Source of the DNA: an uncultured cyanobacterium
GTDB taxonomy: Bacteria; Cyanobacteriota; Cyanobacteriia; PCC-6307; Cyanobiaceae
Reading direction: 5' to 3'
DNA length: 64,000 nucleotides
NCBI GenBank assembly: GCA_963697335.1
Contig: CAVONQ010000003.1
Location: 1 to 64,000 of the forward strand
Shown here: positions 19,067 to 29,089 of the stretch, piece by piece
Layout: each line of letters starts with the position of its first letter
Position numbering within the stretch: the first letter of the stretch is position 1
Program-made: the position numbers and the translations under genes
Notes under the pieces: model-generated
Database searches by the model: none
Told to the model about the DNA's origin: nothing
What the model saw: the letters and a program-made list of their open reading frames with translations, nothing else

Positions 19067-21556
19067 ATGCTCCGCGCGGTTTCCGATCTGAATCCCCCGC
19101 TGGAGCACGCCGGCGCCCCGGACCCAGACACGGATCACCCCGTGGTGGGTGGTCGTCAGAGCCGCGCAGTGACCGCCGAGTCGCCGGTGCCTTCCAGACT
19201 CAAGACAGACTTAGAGGGGGGGCAAGAGAGCGTGCCACAGGCCCCTTGCCTCGATCTAGCGATCGGGCCTCCGGCGGCCCGGGCCCTGCCCAAGCGGCGT
19301 CCGATCCACAGCCCCGCCGACTACGGCCTGGAGCTGCCTCAGTGGCTGCAGCGCTGCATCGAGCACGCCCCCCCCGGCGCAGGCGAATCGTGCCCCACCG
19401 ACGCCGAGGCCCTGCTGGCCTCCGCCTTTGACTTCGCCTATCAACTCCACGAGGGCCAGTACCGGGCTTGCGGCGATCCCTACATCGTGCACCCGATTGC
19501 CGTGGCCGATCTGCTGCGGGACATCGGCGCCAGCGCCAGTGTGATCGCCGCCGGCTTCCTCCATGACGTGGTGGAGGACACCGAGGTGACGCCCGAGGAA
19601 CTGGAGCAGCACTTCGGCGCCGAGGTGCGCGCCCTGGTGGAGGGGGTGACCAAGCTCGGCGGCATCCACTTCACCAATAAAACCGAGGCCCAGGCCGAGA
19701 ACCTGCGGCGGATGTTCCTGGCCATGGCCAGCGACATCCGCGTGGTGCTGGTGAAACTGGCCGACCGGCTGCACAACATGCGCACCCTCGGGGCGCTGAA
19801 GCCCGAGAAGCAGCTGCGCATCGCCCGCGAGACCCGCGAGATCTACGCCCCCCTGGCCAACCGGCTCGGCATCGGCCGGCTCAAGTGGGAGCTGGAGGAT
19901 CTGGCCTTCAAAATCCTGGAGCCCGAGGCCTACCGAGACGTGCAACTGCAGGTGGCCACCAAGCGCAGCGAGCGCGAGGAGCGGCTGCGGGTCACGGTGC
20001 AGCTGCTGCGCGACAAGCTCGCCGCCGTGGGGCTCTCGGCCTGCGAGGTGAGCGGTCGCCCGAAGCACCTCTACGGCATCTGGAGCAAGATGCAGCGCCA
20101 GCAGAAGGCCTTCCACGAGATCTACGACGTGGCCGCCCTGCGCATTCTCTGCCCCAGCCTCGATGGCTGCTACCGCTCCCTGGCGGTGGTGCACGACACG
20201 TTCCGGCCGATCCCCGGACGCTTCAAGGACTACATCGGCCTGCCCAAGCCGAATGGCTACCAGTCGTTGCACACGGCGGTGATCGGCCGGCACCGGCCGA
20301 TCGAGGTGCAGATCCGCACCGCCGAGATGCACCAGGTGGCGGAATACGGCATTGCCGCCCACTGGAAATACAAGGAGGGCGGTTCACCCGCCGCCCTCGG
20401 CAACGATGCGGAGCGCTTCAATTGGCTGCGCCAGCTGGTGGACTGGCAGAAGGATGGCGGTGCCCAGGACAGCAACGACTACCTGGCCTCAATCAAGGAA
20501 GACCTCTTTGACGAAGAGGTGTTCGTGTTCACCCCCAACGGCGATGTCGTAGGCCTGCGCAAGGGGTCAACGGCAGTGGATTTCGCCTTCCGCATTCACT
20601 CCGAGGTGGGCAACCACTGCCAGGGGGCACGCATCAACGACCGCCTCTGCCCCCTGGCCACACCGCTGCAGAACGGCGACTTCGTGCAGATCCTCACCGC
20701 CAAGTCTGCCCACCCGAGCCTCGACTGGCTCAACTTCGTGGCCACCCCCACGGCCCGCAACCGGATCCGGGCCTGGTACAAGAAGAGCCATCGCGAGGCC
20801 AACATCCAGCGCGGCACCGAGATGCTGGAGCGCGAACTGGGTCGGGAGGGCTTCGATGCCCTGCTCAACGGCGAGGCGATGGCCAAGGTGGCCCGCCGCT
20901 GCAACCTGATCAGCACCGACGACCTGCTCGCCAACCTCGGCTTCGGCGGGGTGACCCTGCACCAGGTGCTGAACCGCCTGCGCGAAGAACTGCGCCTCGC
21001 CAACAGCGCCGCCACCCCGGTGCTCAGCAACGAGGAACTGGCCCGCTCCGTGAAAACCCAGGCCGGCCCGGCCACCGCCACGGCCAGCCCCACCGGCCCC
21101 GGAGCCTCCAGCGCCATCCTGGGACTTGAGGGCCTCGACTACCGGCTCGGCGGCTGCTGCAGTCCCCTGCCCGGGGAAGCGATCCTCGCAGCGGTGGCCC
21201 TCGGCAACCACGGCATCACGATTCACCGCCAGGACTGCGCCAACGTGCAGCAGGTGCCGGCCGAGCGCCGCCTGCCGGTCCGCTGGAACCCCGCTTCCGA
21301 CCAGGAGAAGCGCCGCTACCCGGTGCAGCTGCGCATCGAGGTGTTGGATCGGGTGGGCGTGCTCAAGGACATCCTGATGCGCCTCTCCGACCATCGCATC
21401 AACGTGAGTGACGCCCGGGTGCGCACCACCCCCGGCAAGCCGGCCCGCATCGAACTGCGGGTGGAACTCAGCGGCGCCCACCAACTCACTGGCACCATCA
21501 ACCAGATCGCCTCCATGGCGGATGTGCTCGACATCTGTCGTACGGGGATTGGTTGA
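19067..21556 (+). CDS. spoT: Bifunctional (p)ppGpp synthetase/hydrolase
   Basis: HEGQYR..GDPYIVHP, LHDVVED, VKLADRLHNMRTL, KDYIGLPKPNGYQSLHT, TGS and ACT domains. Start approximate. Confidence 0.96.
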   Translation: MLRAVSDLNPPLEHAGAPDPDTDHPVVGGRQSRAVTAESPVPSRLKTDLEGGQESVPQAPCLDLAIGPPAARALPKRRPIHSPADYGLELPQWLQRCIEHAPPGAGESCPTDAEALLASAFDFAYQLHEGQYRACGDPYIVHPIAVADLLRDIGASASVIAAGFLHDVVEDTEVTPEELEQHFGAEVRALVEGVTKLGGIHFTNKTEAQAENLRRMFLAMASDIRVVLVKLADRLHNMRTLGALKPEKQLRIARETREIYAPLANRLGIGRLKWELEDLAFKILEPEAYRDVQLQVATKRSEREERLRVTVQLLRDKLAAVGLSACEVSGRPKHLYGIWSKMQRQQKAFHEIYDVAALRILCPSLDGCYRSLAVVHDTFRPIPGRFKDYIGLPKPNGYQSLHTAVIGRHRPIEVQIRTAEMHQVAEYGIAAHWKYKEGGSPAALGNDAERFNWLRQLVDWQKDGGAQDSNDYLASIKEDLFDEEVFVFTPNGDVVGLRKGSTAVDFAFRIHSEVGNHCQGARINDRLCPLATPLQNGDFVQILTAKSAHPSLDWLNFVATPTARNRIRAWYKKSHREANIQRGTEMLERELGREGFDALLNGEAMAKVARRCNLISTDDLLANLGFGGVTLHQVLNRLREELRLANSAATPVLSNEELARSVKTQAGPATATASPTGPGASSAILGLEGLDYRLGGCCSPLPGEAILAAVALGNHGITIHRQDCANVQQVPAERRLPVRWNPASDQEKRRYPVQLRIEVLDRVGVLKDILMRLSDHRINVSDARVRTTPGKPARIELRVELSGAHQLTGTINQIASMADVLDICRTGIG

Positions 21557-21956
21557 GAAAACTCTGATCAAGCCGCTCAACTCGGAGGACGCCCATGATG
21601 CGGATCAGCGCCATTGAATTGCAGGCCTGGTGAACATCGCCGTCGATCACTGCCCATGCGACCATACACACCGCCACGATCATTCCCAAAAGATTTCCGC
21701 CAGCGCTTGAAAGGGCGCATGAAGATGCCGATCTCACCGCAGGCGCTCACCAGGCCAGCACCAGCGGAATGTTTTGAGCCTGTCCCAGGCAGCCCCCTGG
21801 TCTTCAATGATGGCCGGGGAAGGAGCAGGCCGGCAGTGCTCAAGCCGGTCAACTCTGACCGGCCAACACCTTAAAGGGATGACAAGCCAGGCGAAGTTTC
21901 AATGATCTCCTCTCGAATGCCATGCTAGCCTTCAAGAAAAGACTGGAAACGAAACA

Positions 21957-22601
21957 GTGCATAAATTTGGCCGCCTAGATTCTTTAGGCATTTCCTATGG
22001 CACTGACAAATCCAGCCGTGCACACAACTACCTTCACTTTTACGAGCACTTCCTGCATCGCTTTGTCGATTTAGATTTTCAGTTTGTTGAGATTGGCATC
22101 TTCAACGGCGGCTCTATTAGAATGTGGCTTGAATACTTTCCTCAAGCAACAATTCACGGCTTAGACATCGACCCAGCACGGGTAGCCTCAATTGATCACC
22201 CTCGCTTCGTAGGTCATGTTGTTGACCATGAGGATCTTTCGTCAATCACCCAGTTGATTGCGCAGATTAGCCCCCTGGTCCTATTGGATGATGGCTCTCA
22301 CTTCTGGCCACATCAGCTGATCACGTTAGAGCATCTTTCCAGCCTAGTTCTCAACAACGGACTATTAATTGTGGAAGATTTAGAAGTCTGCTATCAGCCT
22401 CTCGCCGCAACTTATTCTCGCGGGTCCAAGATCTCTCCCGCCGATCAGATAGCCCAGATATCTTCAAGAGTTCTTTCTGGTGGACTGGACGACTGTCCTA
22501 CTGCCTCAGCTTCCGTCCAGATGTCAAATCAGATTTTTTCCAGCATCTCAGTTTATTGCCACACAATGGTTGCCTGCAGGAATCAATACTACGGAAGCTA
22601 A
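21957..22601 (+). CDS. Class I SAM-dependent methyltransferase (sugar O-methyltransferase-like)
   Basis: YGTDKS..HNY, VEIGIFNGGS..MW..YFP, GLDID, DDGSH, GLLIVEDL. Low GC. Confidence 0.8.
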   Translation: MHKFGRLDSLGISYGTDKSSRAHNYLHFYEHFLHRFVDLDFQFVEIGIFNGGSIRMWLEYFPQATIHGLDIDPARVASIDHPRFVGHVVDHEDLSSITQLIAQISPLVLLDDGSHFWPHQLITLEHLSSLVLNNGLLIVEDLEVCYQPLAATYSRGSKISPADQIAQISSRVLSGGLDDCPTASASVQMSNQIFSSISVYCHTMVACRNQYYGS

Positions 22602-22626
22602 CTCGGGCAACCGTATCTCTATCAAT

Positions 22627-23802
22627 ATGTCTCTAAGTTTGACTAACGCCCCTCACCTTGAGGTTGCATTCGAAACCCAGCAGGGTGAACTTTCAAGCTG
22701 GCATTCTCTTGATTGCCGGCTAGCAAGCTTGCCAACGGACTCATCCAGCTTGACACCAAACGAGCTTTTGGATTATGCCATCTCTCATAGTGACACCTCA
22801 AGTAGCGTGGCATCCAGGAGTGATTTTAATGTCATTCATGTCAGACGGAATGCATCCTCATCGCCTGCATTCCACTCATGGCATACCCGCGCAAGAATCG
22901 CAGATGTGCCATTTCTGTTCAACCCCGCACCGCTAAACGCAGCCAACAATACACGTCGAACCAAACTTGTATATTTCTTAAATGCTAGCTTATCGGCATC
23001 CTATCTCTTAATCCTTTCCAAGCAACTGAAGCTGTTGCGAGGCGCAAAGGTTGATAGCGATCCATCATTCTCTTTTCTGTTGGTATTTATCGGGTCTCCA
23101 GCCGAGGCCGAAGCTGCCGTTGACCGCATCAAGAAGTTTTTACCTAGCCTCTTTCCACATAACTCTGATTGCCCGAATAATCGATTTAGGCTAATCTGCA
23201 ATGCTCATTCATGTTATGAATACGAAGGCATCCTCGCAACGTGGGCAGAAGCCAGGTCCGCCATGGCCCCCAGTGATCTATTGATTTACGCCCATTGCAA
23301 AGGGATTTCTAAACTAGATCAAGCTCGTCGCCGTGACGTACACGAAATCGCATCTTCGCAATTACTTCTTTCTAAGATCTATGCCAACATAGACATTATG
23401 AATGTCTTCCCTTTCCTCACGCGGCTTGGCGTCGCTACCGGGGGGCCAGGTTGGATGTGGTTTAACTTTTGGATGGCTACTTCTCAATACCTTGCCAATG
23501 TCGAGCGGCCAATTCTCACGACGCGTCGCCACTACTATGAAGATTGGCTGTACAGACAACTTACCAACCCTGTGCCGCCTGAACGCTCCACGGACGCTGA
23601 ACAACCTGGCGAGCCAGGGGCTTGTTCCTACACTGGCGACGTAAAGGGATGCTACAACGCCCTTAGCATTCCAGGCTATTTTAATATCGGCGACTCAATC
23701 CCACCATTAGACGTATTATCGGCTGCGGAGCTATTGACCGCAAAAGTCCTTGCTCGGCATTCTCGTACTCGCAAGCAAGCCCTATTGCGTGATCAGTGTT
23801 GA
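22627..23802 (+). CDS. Hypothetical protein, possibly glycosyltransferase-like
   Basis: Long ORF in low-GC DNA with YEYEGI, IYAHCKGIS, WFNFW and RHYYEDWL. Start chosen at ATG 22627. Confidence 0.6.
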   Translation: MSLSLTNAPHLEVAFETQQGELSSWHSLDCRLASLPTDSSSLTPNELLDYAISHSDTSSSVASRSDFNVIHVRRNASSSPAFHSWHTRARIADVPFLFNPAPLNAANNTRRTKLVYFLNASLSASYLLILSKQLKLLRGAKVDSDPSFSFLLVFIGSPAEAEAAVDRIKKFLPSLFPHNSDCPNNRFRLICNAHSCYEYEGILATWAEARSAMAPSDLLIYAHCKGISKLDQARRRDVHEIASSQLLLSKIYANIDIMNVFPFLTRLGVATGGPGWMWFNFWMATSQYLANVERPILTTRRHYYEDWLYRQLTNPVPPERSTDAEQPGEPGACSYTGDVKGCYNALSIPGYFNIGDSIPPLDVLSAAELLTAKVLARHSRTRKQALLRDQC

Positions 23803-24841
23803 TGCACGCGAGGCGATCACCGCTGAGCTGCATGTCTGTGCCTTCTGGATAGTCTGGGCCTCTGCCCCCGTTCATCTCGGGTGGGGTGACAGAGTCAAGA
23901 ACCAGCGTGGATGTGATCAGCGCTGCTTGATTTGAGCGTGCTATCGGCCCGTACATCGCCAAGGGTTACTCGATATTTACCAACTGAGATCGCAAATGAG
24001 AGGATGCAGTATTAAGCGTTGAAGGATTCACCATTGGGCCAATGCTAGACCTAACGAGCCTCAAGATGCATGCTTCTTCCCGATAGCCAAATTGAGATCT
24101 CCGCATCGACAAGTCAGCAACATAATCTCCGAGACACTCATGGGCAGAGACCTTCAGGGGATCATTGCTCGTCCATTGGAAGTTTGCAGCACGTTCGGCA
24201 GAGCATTCAACGGGCCCCCGAGCGATTGAAGTCCAAGAGATCAAGTCAGTGCTATGCATAGAGGGAATGGCGCGGGGTTCTCTGCTCATGGATGGCGCTC
24301 GACCCAGGGCCCTAGCAATCAGCCATACACCCATCTTCTGGACCCTGGAGAATGGCGAGCCCCTCTCTTCCAGAGGGAAAAACAACAGCAATGCTGACCG
24401 AGATCAAATCCGGACCTGCGCAGCACAGCTTGTGACGTTGTCAGCAATGACAAGCCAGAACGCAACCCGTGGCTGAGCCGCTATGCACAAGGGGTGCAGC
24501 GACGGTCACTTGCAACTGGGCTGGGGCAATCACTTCCCAGACTGCCCGGCACCCCCGACGAGCTGACCCCCTTCCTTCCCAGAGGTTCCGGATCCCCCGC
24601 GCCAGCCGTGGCCGACGTGCCTCGACACCTGGTGGGGTCCCGGAATCATCAATGGCCGACGACTGGCAGCCCTTCCACGACTGGCTGGCGCGCACCGTGG
24701 TGCAGGACGACTGATCGCGGGGGCTCTGGGCATGGGCATTCAGCCACAGCACCCGGGCCGTGTGTCAGCTGCTACAGCCCAGTCGGGGCAGGTTGTCTAC
24801 AACCTGGCGAAGCATTTATCTCGTCAACCACCAATCTGGCC

Positions 24842-25030
24842 ATGACGCCTGAACAGGCCGCCGAACTGATTGACCACACCCTCGATCAGGTGCATCAGCG
24901 CCTGCAGGATCTCCAGGATCAGTGCCTCAGCAAAGACCACCATGCCCTGGCTGAGGAATTTCGCGAATGGCGCCATCCCACCGGTGGCCACATCGACCTG
25001 ATGGTGTTCCCCGGACTCGCCAATTCCTGA
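24842..25030 (+). CDS. Small hypothetical protein (62 aa)
   Basis: ATG-initiated, helical composition (MTPEQAAELIDHTLDQV...ALAEEFREW), host-like codon usage. Confidence 0.55.
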   Translation: MTPEQAAELIDHTLDQVHQRLQDLQDQCLSKDHHALAEEFREWRHPTGGHIDLMVFPGLANS

Positions 25031-25068
25031 ACCGGGTTTCTGCGGCAGGTTCCTGAATGAGCCCACAG

Positions 25069-25575
25069 TCAAAATGGCGGCGGCGAGGGCGGCACACCAG
25101 CGTCCGATTGAGCCTGGGCCTGCACCAGCCAGCGCCAGTACAGCCAGCCTCCCAGGGGGCCTGCCGCCAGTCCCACCAGCAGCGATCCGAGCAACATGCG
25201 GCTCACAAAGGCCCAGCCCAGCTGCCAGATCGCCTCGCTGCGCAGGCTCTCCAGCCCTGGCCAGCCCTGGCCGGGCCCCAGCAACACACTGCCCAGCTTG
25301 AAATTGAACCAGTAGAGGGGCAGGTAGGTGAGGGGGTTGCTGATCCAGGTGCCGGCGGCGGCCAGCAGGTGGTTGCCCCTCACCAGGCTCGCCAGGGCCA
25401 CGCCCAGCAGGGTCTGGAGCCCGAAGAACGGAAAGCAGCCGCAGAACACCCCCGCCGCCAGCCCCCTGGCCCGCTGACTGGGGCTGCCCTCCTGCTGCCA
25501 CAGCCAGTGGATCGCCCGCCGGATGGCGCGCACCGCGGGAGCGAGCGGTTGAAACTGGGGAGGACGCAGCGCCAT
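25069..25575 (-). CDS. DUF2062-domain membrane protein
   Basis: GSPSQRARGLAAGVFCGCFPFFGLQT, TWISNPLT. Confidence 0.88.
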   Translation of the reverse strand: MALRPPQFQPLAPAVRAIRRAIHWLWQQEGSPSQRARGLAAGVFCGCFPFFGLQTLLGVALASLVRGNHLLAAAGTWISNPLTYLPLYWFNFKLGSVLLGPGQGWPGLESLRSEAIWQLGWAFVSRMLLGSLLVGLAAGPLGGWLYWRWLVQAQAQSDAGVPPSPPPF

Positions 25576-25583
25576 GGAACGGG

Positions 25584-26984
25584 GTGACAGGCCAGCTGGT
25601 GCGGGATGACGAAGCGGTAGCGGAGAGCTCCCAAGGCGGCGACACGATCGCGGCGGTCGCCACGGCGATCGCGCCGGGGCAGGGGAGTGTGGCGATCGTA
25701 AGAATCTCCGGCCCCCGGGCCGAGGCCATCGGTGAGCGCCTGTTCCGGGCGCCAGGGTCCCAGGTGTGGGACACCCATCGGGTGCTCTATGGCCACGTGG
25801 TGGACCCAGCTTCGTTGGAGATGGTGGATGAGGCTCTGCTGCTGCTGATGCGGGCGCCGCGCAGCTTCACCCGCGAAACCGTGGTGGAGCTCCATTGCCA
25901 TGGCGGCCTGGTGCCGGTGCAGCGGGTGCTGGAGCTGGTGCTGGCGGCGGGGGCCCGTAGGGCCCAGCCCGGGGAATTCAGCCAGCGGGCCTTCCTGAAC
26001 GGCCGCCTGGATCTCACCCGGGCCGAAGCCATGAGCGAAATGATCACGGCCCGCAGCCGCCGCGCCGCCCAGCTGGCCATGGCCGGCCTCGATGGCGGCC
26101 TGCAGCGCCGCATCGGCAGCCTGCGGGAGCGCCTGCTCGACCAGCTGGCCGAACTGGAAGCTCGTGTCGACTTCGAAGACGACCTCCCCCGCCTCGACGC
26201 CGGCGCCGTGGTGGCCGCGCTGATGGCTGTGCAACAGGAGTTGGAGGACCTGGTGCTGGAGGCCCGCCAGGGGGCCGCCCTGCGGGAGGGGCTGCGGGTG
26301 GCGATCGTGGGGCGCCCCAACGTGGGCAAGAGCAGCCTGCTCAACCGGCTCAGCCGCCGCGAGCGGGCGATCGTGACCGACCTGCCCGGCACCACCCGCG
26401 ACCTGCTGGAGAGCGAGCTGGTGCTCGACGGCGTGCCGCTCACCCTGCTCGACACCGCCGGCATCCGGCCCACCGATGACGCCGTGGAGCAGCTCGGCAT
26501 CGCCCGCAGCCGTGAGGCCCTGGCCAGCGCCGATGCCGTGCTGCTGCTGTTCGACCTGCAGGTGGGCTGGACCGAGGAGGACGCCGCCCTGCGGGACCTT
26601 GTGCCGGAGGGAGTGCCCCTGCTGCTGGTGGGCAACAAGGCAGATCTGATGCAGTCAGAGGCGGTGGGGACACCCTCGGACGGGGTGATCAGCGCCCTCA
26701 CCGGCGCCGGCAGTGACGCCTTGGTGCAGCTGCTGCTGCGGCGCTGCGGGGCGGGCGATCTGCAGGGCATCCAGGTGGCCCTCAACGCCCGTCAGCGCGA
26801 TCTGGCCAGCGAGGCGGCGGCGGCCCTGGCGAACAGCCTGGAGGCCGCCGAGCAGGGGCTGCCCTGGGATTTCTGGACCATCGACCTGCGCACGGCGGTG
26901 CGAGCCCTCGGCGCCATCACCGGCGAGGAGGTGAACGAGGCGGTGCTGGACCGGGTGTTCTCGCGCTTCTGCATCGGCAAGTGA
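25584..26984 (+). CDS. mnmE: tRNA modification GTPase MnmE
   Basis: DTIAAVAT, IVRISGP, ELHCHGG, GEFSQRAFLNGRLDL, GRPNVGKSS, DTAGIR, FSRFCIGK. Confidence 0.98.
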   Translation: MTGQLVRDDEAVAESSQGGDTIAAVATAIAPGQGSVAIVRISGPRAEAIGERLFRAPGSQVWDTHRVLYGHVVDPASLEMVDEALLLLMRAPRSFTRETVVELHCHGGLVPVQRVLELVLAAGARRAQPGEFSQRAFLNGRLDLTRAEAMSEMITARSRRAAQLAMAGLDGGLQRRIGSLRERLLDQLAELEARVDFEDDLPRLDAGAVVAALMAVQQELEDLVLEARQGAALREGLRVAIVGRPNVGKSSLLNRLSRRERAIVTDLPGTTRDLLESELVLDGVPLTLLDTAGIRPTDDAVEQLGIARSREALASADAVLLLFDLQVGWTEEDAALRDLVPEGVPLLLVGNKADLMQSEAVGTPSDGVISALTGAGSDALVQLLLRRCGAGDLQGIQVALNARQRDLASEAAAALANSLEAAEQGLPWDFWTIDLRTAVRALGAITGEEVNEAVLDRVFSRFCIGK

Positions 26985-27026
26985 GCCGGGCAGGCTGCCA
27001 TGGTCCTGGAGGCTTCACCCCCTGCC

Positions 27027-27890
27027 ATGCCCCCCCTGAGCCCCCTGCAGCTTGAGCCCCTCCTGCGCGCCTGGCTGGCGGAAGATCTGGGCCGCGGCGA
27101 CCTGACGGCGCCGGCCCTGGTGGGGATCCGCGGCCGGGCCCACTGGGTACCCAGGCGCGCCGGGGTGTTCTGCGGCGGGGCGCTGGTGGAGCCCCTGTTC
27201 CGGCTGCTCGATGCCGAGGTTCAGGTGCGGCTGCTGGTGGCCGATGGCGAGCGAGTGCAGGCCGATGAGCGGTTGCTGGAGCTGGAGGGGGACGCCGCGG
27301 CCCTGGTGGCAGGCGAGCGCACCGCCCTGAACCTGGCGATGCGCCTGAGCGGCATCGCCACGGCCACCGCCGAACTGGTGCAGCAGCTGGAAGGTAGCGG
27401 TGTGCGCCTGGCCGACACCCGCAAGACCACCCCGGGGCTGCGGCTGCTGGAGAAATACGCCGTGCGGTGTGGCGGCGGCCTCAACCACCGCTTCGGGCTC
27501 GACGATGCCGCCATGCTCAAGGAGAACCACCTGGCCTGGGCCGGCGGGGTGGAGCCGGCCCTGGCGGCGGTACGCGGCGCCGCCCCCTGGCCCGCCCGGG
27601 TGATCGTGGAAGCGGAGACCGCCGCCGAGGCCGAGCAGGCGATCCAGGCCGGCGCTGACGCGGTGCTGCTCGATGGCTTCAGCCCCGCGGCACTCGCCGA
27701 GCTGGTGCCGGCCCTGCGCCGGCTGGCCACAGGCCTGGACCGGGCCGTGGTGCTGGAGGCCTCCGGGGTGGAGCCCGCCCAGCTGAGCGCCTGCGCGGCC
27801 AGCGGCGTGGACCTGATCTCCAGCAGCGCGCCGATCACCCGCAGCCCCTGGCTGGACATCAGCATGCGCTTTGCGCAGCAGTGGATCTGA
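27027..27890 (+). CDS. nadC: Nicotinate-nucleotide pyrophosphorylase (carboxylating)
   Basis: EDLGRGDLT, ERTALNL, DTRKTTPGLR, NHRFGLDD, KENH, EASG. Confidence 0.95.
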   Translation: MPPLSPLQLEPLLRAWLAEDLGRGDLTAPALVGIRGRAHWVPRRAGVFCGGALVEPLFRLLDAEVQVRLLVADGERVQADERLLELEGDAAALVAGERTALNLAMRLSGIATATAELVQQLEGSGVRLADTRKTTPGLRLLEKYAVRCGGGLNHRFGLDDAAMLKENHLAWAGGVEPALAAVRGAAPWPARVIVEAETAAEAEQAIQAGADAVLLDGFSPAALAELVPALRRLATGLDRAVVLEASGVEPAQLSACAASGVDLISSSAPITRSPWLDISMRFAQQWI

Positions 27891-29023
27891 GTTGTCACCG
27901 CCGCAATGAAGAATCCTGCGGGCTGCAGTCCGCCGAATGGCCGGATGCCCCGGGCCTTGCCAGAGTCCTGGAGCATCCGGCGTGGCGTGCTTTGTCTTCC
28001 CCAGGCCCTTCGGCCGATTCCTCCCCAGGGAGATCGACCCGACAAGGCAGGCCCCTGCGCCTGAGCTGCCCCCGAGCCCGCCGCCTGGGCCGCGCCCTCT
28101 GCAGCACGGCCGCCCTGGCAGCCCTGGCGGTGGCCGCGGGGCTGGCGTCACCGGCCGCCGCCCTGGCGGGAGGGGCCGTGGAACGGGTGGCCCGCTCCGG
28201 GGAACTGGTGCTGGTCGGCCCCAGCGACGCGCCGCCCCTGCTGAGCGGCGGTAGCCAGGGCCAGCCCCAGGGCTATGCGGTGCTGCTGGGCGAGCGGATC
28301 GCCGCGGAGCTGGCCAGGGCCGTGGGCCGACCCGTGAGGCTCCGGCTGGTCATGGAGCCCGACCTGGCCGCCACCGCCGGTCGAGTGACAGCCGGCACCG
28401 CCGACCTGGCCTGTGGCATTCCCTTCACCTGGGAGGCCGACATGACCGCCGACTTCTCGATGCCCGTCGGCGTGTCTGGGCTGCGCCTGCTGGCCCCCGC
28501 CGGCCGCTTCGACGGCAGCCCGGCCGCCCTGGCCGACCGGCCGATCGCCGTGGTGCGGTCCACCCTGGCGGTGACGGAGCTCAAGGGGATACAGCCCGAG
28601 GCCCGGGTGGTGCCGTTCGCCAATCTCTCCGAGGCTCTCGATGCCCTGGTGGCGAACCAGGTGGAGGGGGTGATCGGCGACACCAAGGTGCTCGCTGCCC
28701 TGGCCAGGGAGCGGGGGCTCAAGGGCCTGACGCTGGTGCCCGACGAGCCCTTCGAGAGCTATGGGGTGGCCTGCCTGCTGCCGGAGAACGACTCCGCCTT
28801 CCGCAACCTGGTGGATCTGGCCATCGCCCGGCTGCTGCAGGGCTATGTGGACGGCCGACCCGAGGACGTGGCCGCGGTGGATCGCTGGCTGGCTCCCGGC
28901 ACCGGCCCCGGTGCCGCCCATGAACAGATCGACGAGATCTTCCAGGGGCTGTTGCTGGGCCGGGAGGCGATCCGGCCCCTGCCCGCGGCCGACGGCGATC
29001 AGCAGCCCGAACCCGGCAGCTGA
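27881..29023 (+). CDS. grrP: Extracellular substrate-binding-like orphan protein of the GRRM system (SBP family 3-like)
   Basis: Signal-like LAALAVAAGLASPAAALA, then VERVARSGELV, ADLACGIPFTW, DFSMP, YGVACLLPENDS. Lies directly upstream of grrA-grrM. The true start is probably downstream of 27881. Confidence 0.8.
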   Translation: MDLSCHRRNEESCGLQSAEWPDAPGLARVLEHPAWRALSSPGPSADSSPGRSTRQGRPLRLSCPRARRLGRALCSTAALAALAVAAGLASPAAALAGGAVERVARSGELVLVGPSDAPPLLSGGSQGQPQGYAVLLGERIAAELARAVGRPVRLRLVMEPDLAATAGRVTAGTADLACGIPFTWEADMTADFSMPVGVSGLRLLAPAGRFDGSPAALADRPIAVVRSTLAVTELKGIQPEARVVPFANLSEALDALVANQVEGVIGDTKVLAALARERGLKGLTLVPDEPFESYGVACLLPENDSAFRNLVDLAIARLLQGYVDGRPEDVAAVDRWLAPGTGPGAAHEQIDEIFQGLLLGREAIRPLPAADGDQQPEPGS

Positions 29024-29089
29024 AGCGGCCTCTCCTCCCCTTCCCGCCGTTCCGTTTTCCCGTCCGCGCGTCTCTTCCCAGCACCCGTC

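Noticed and set aside
23800..24470. Short ORFs (23966-24391 -, 24165-24476 +) in the low-GC islet
   Set aside because: No recognisable motifs or consistent coding signal, so treated as decayed or non-coding DNA.
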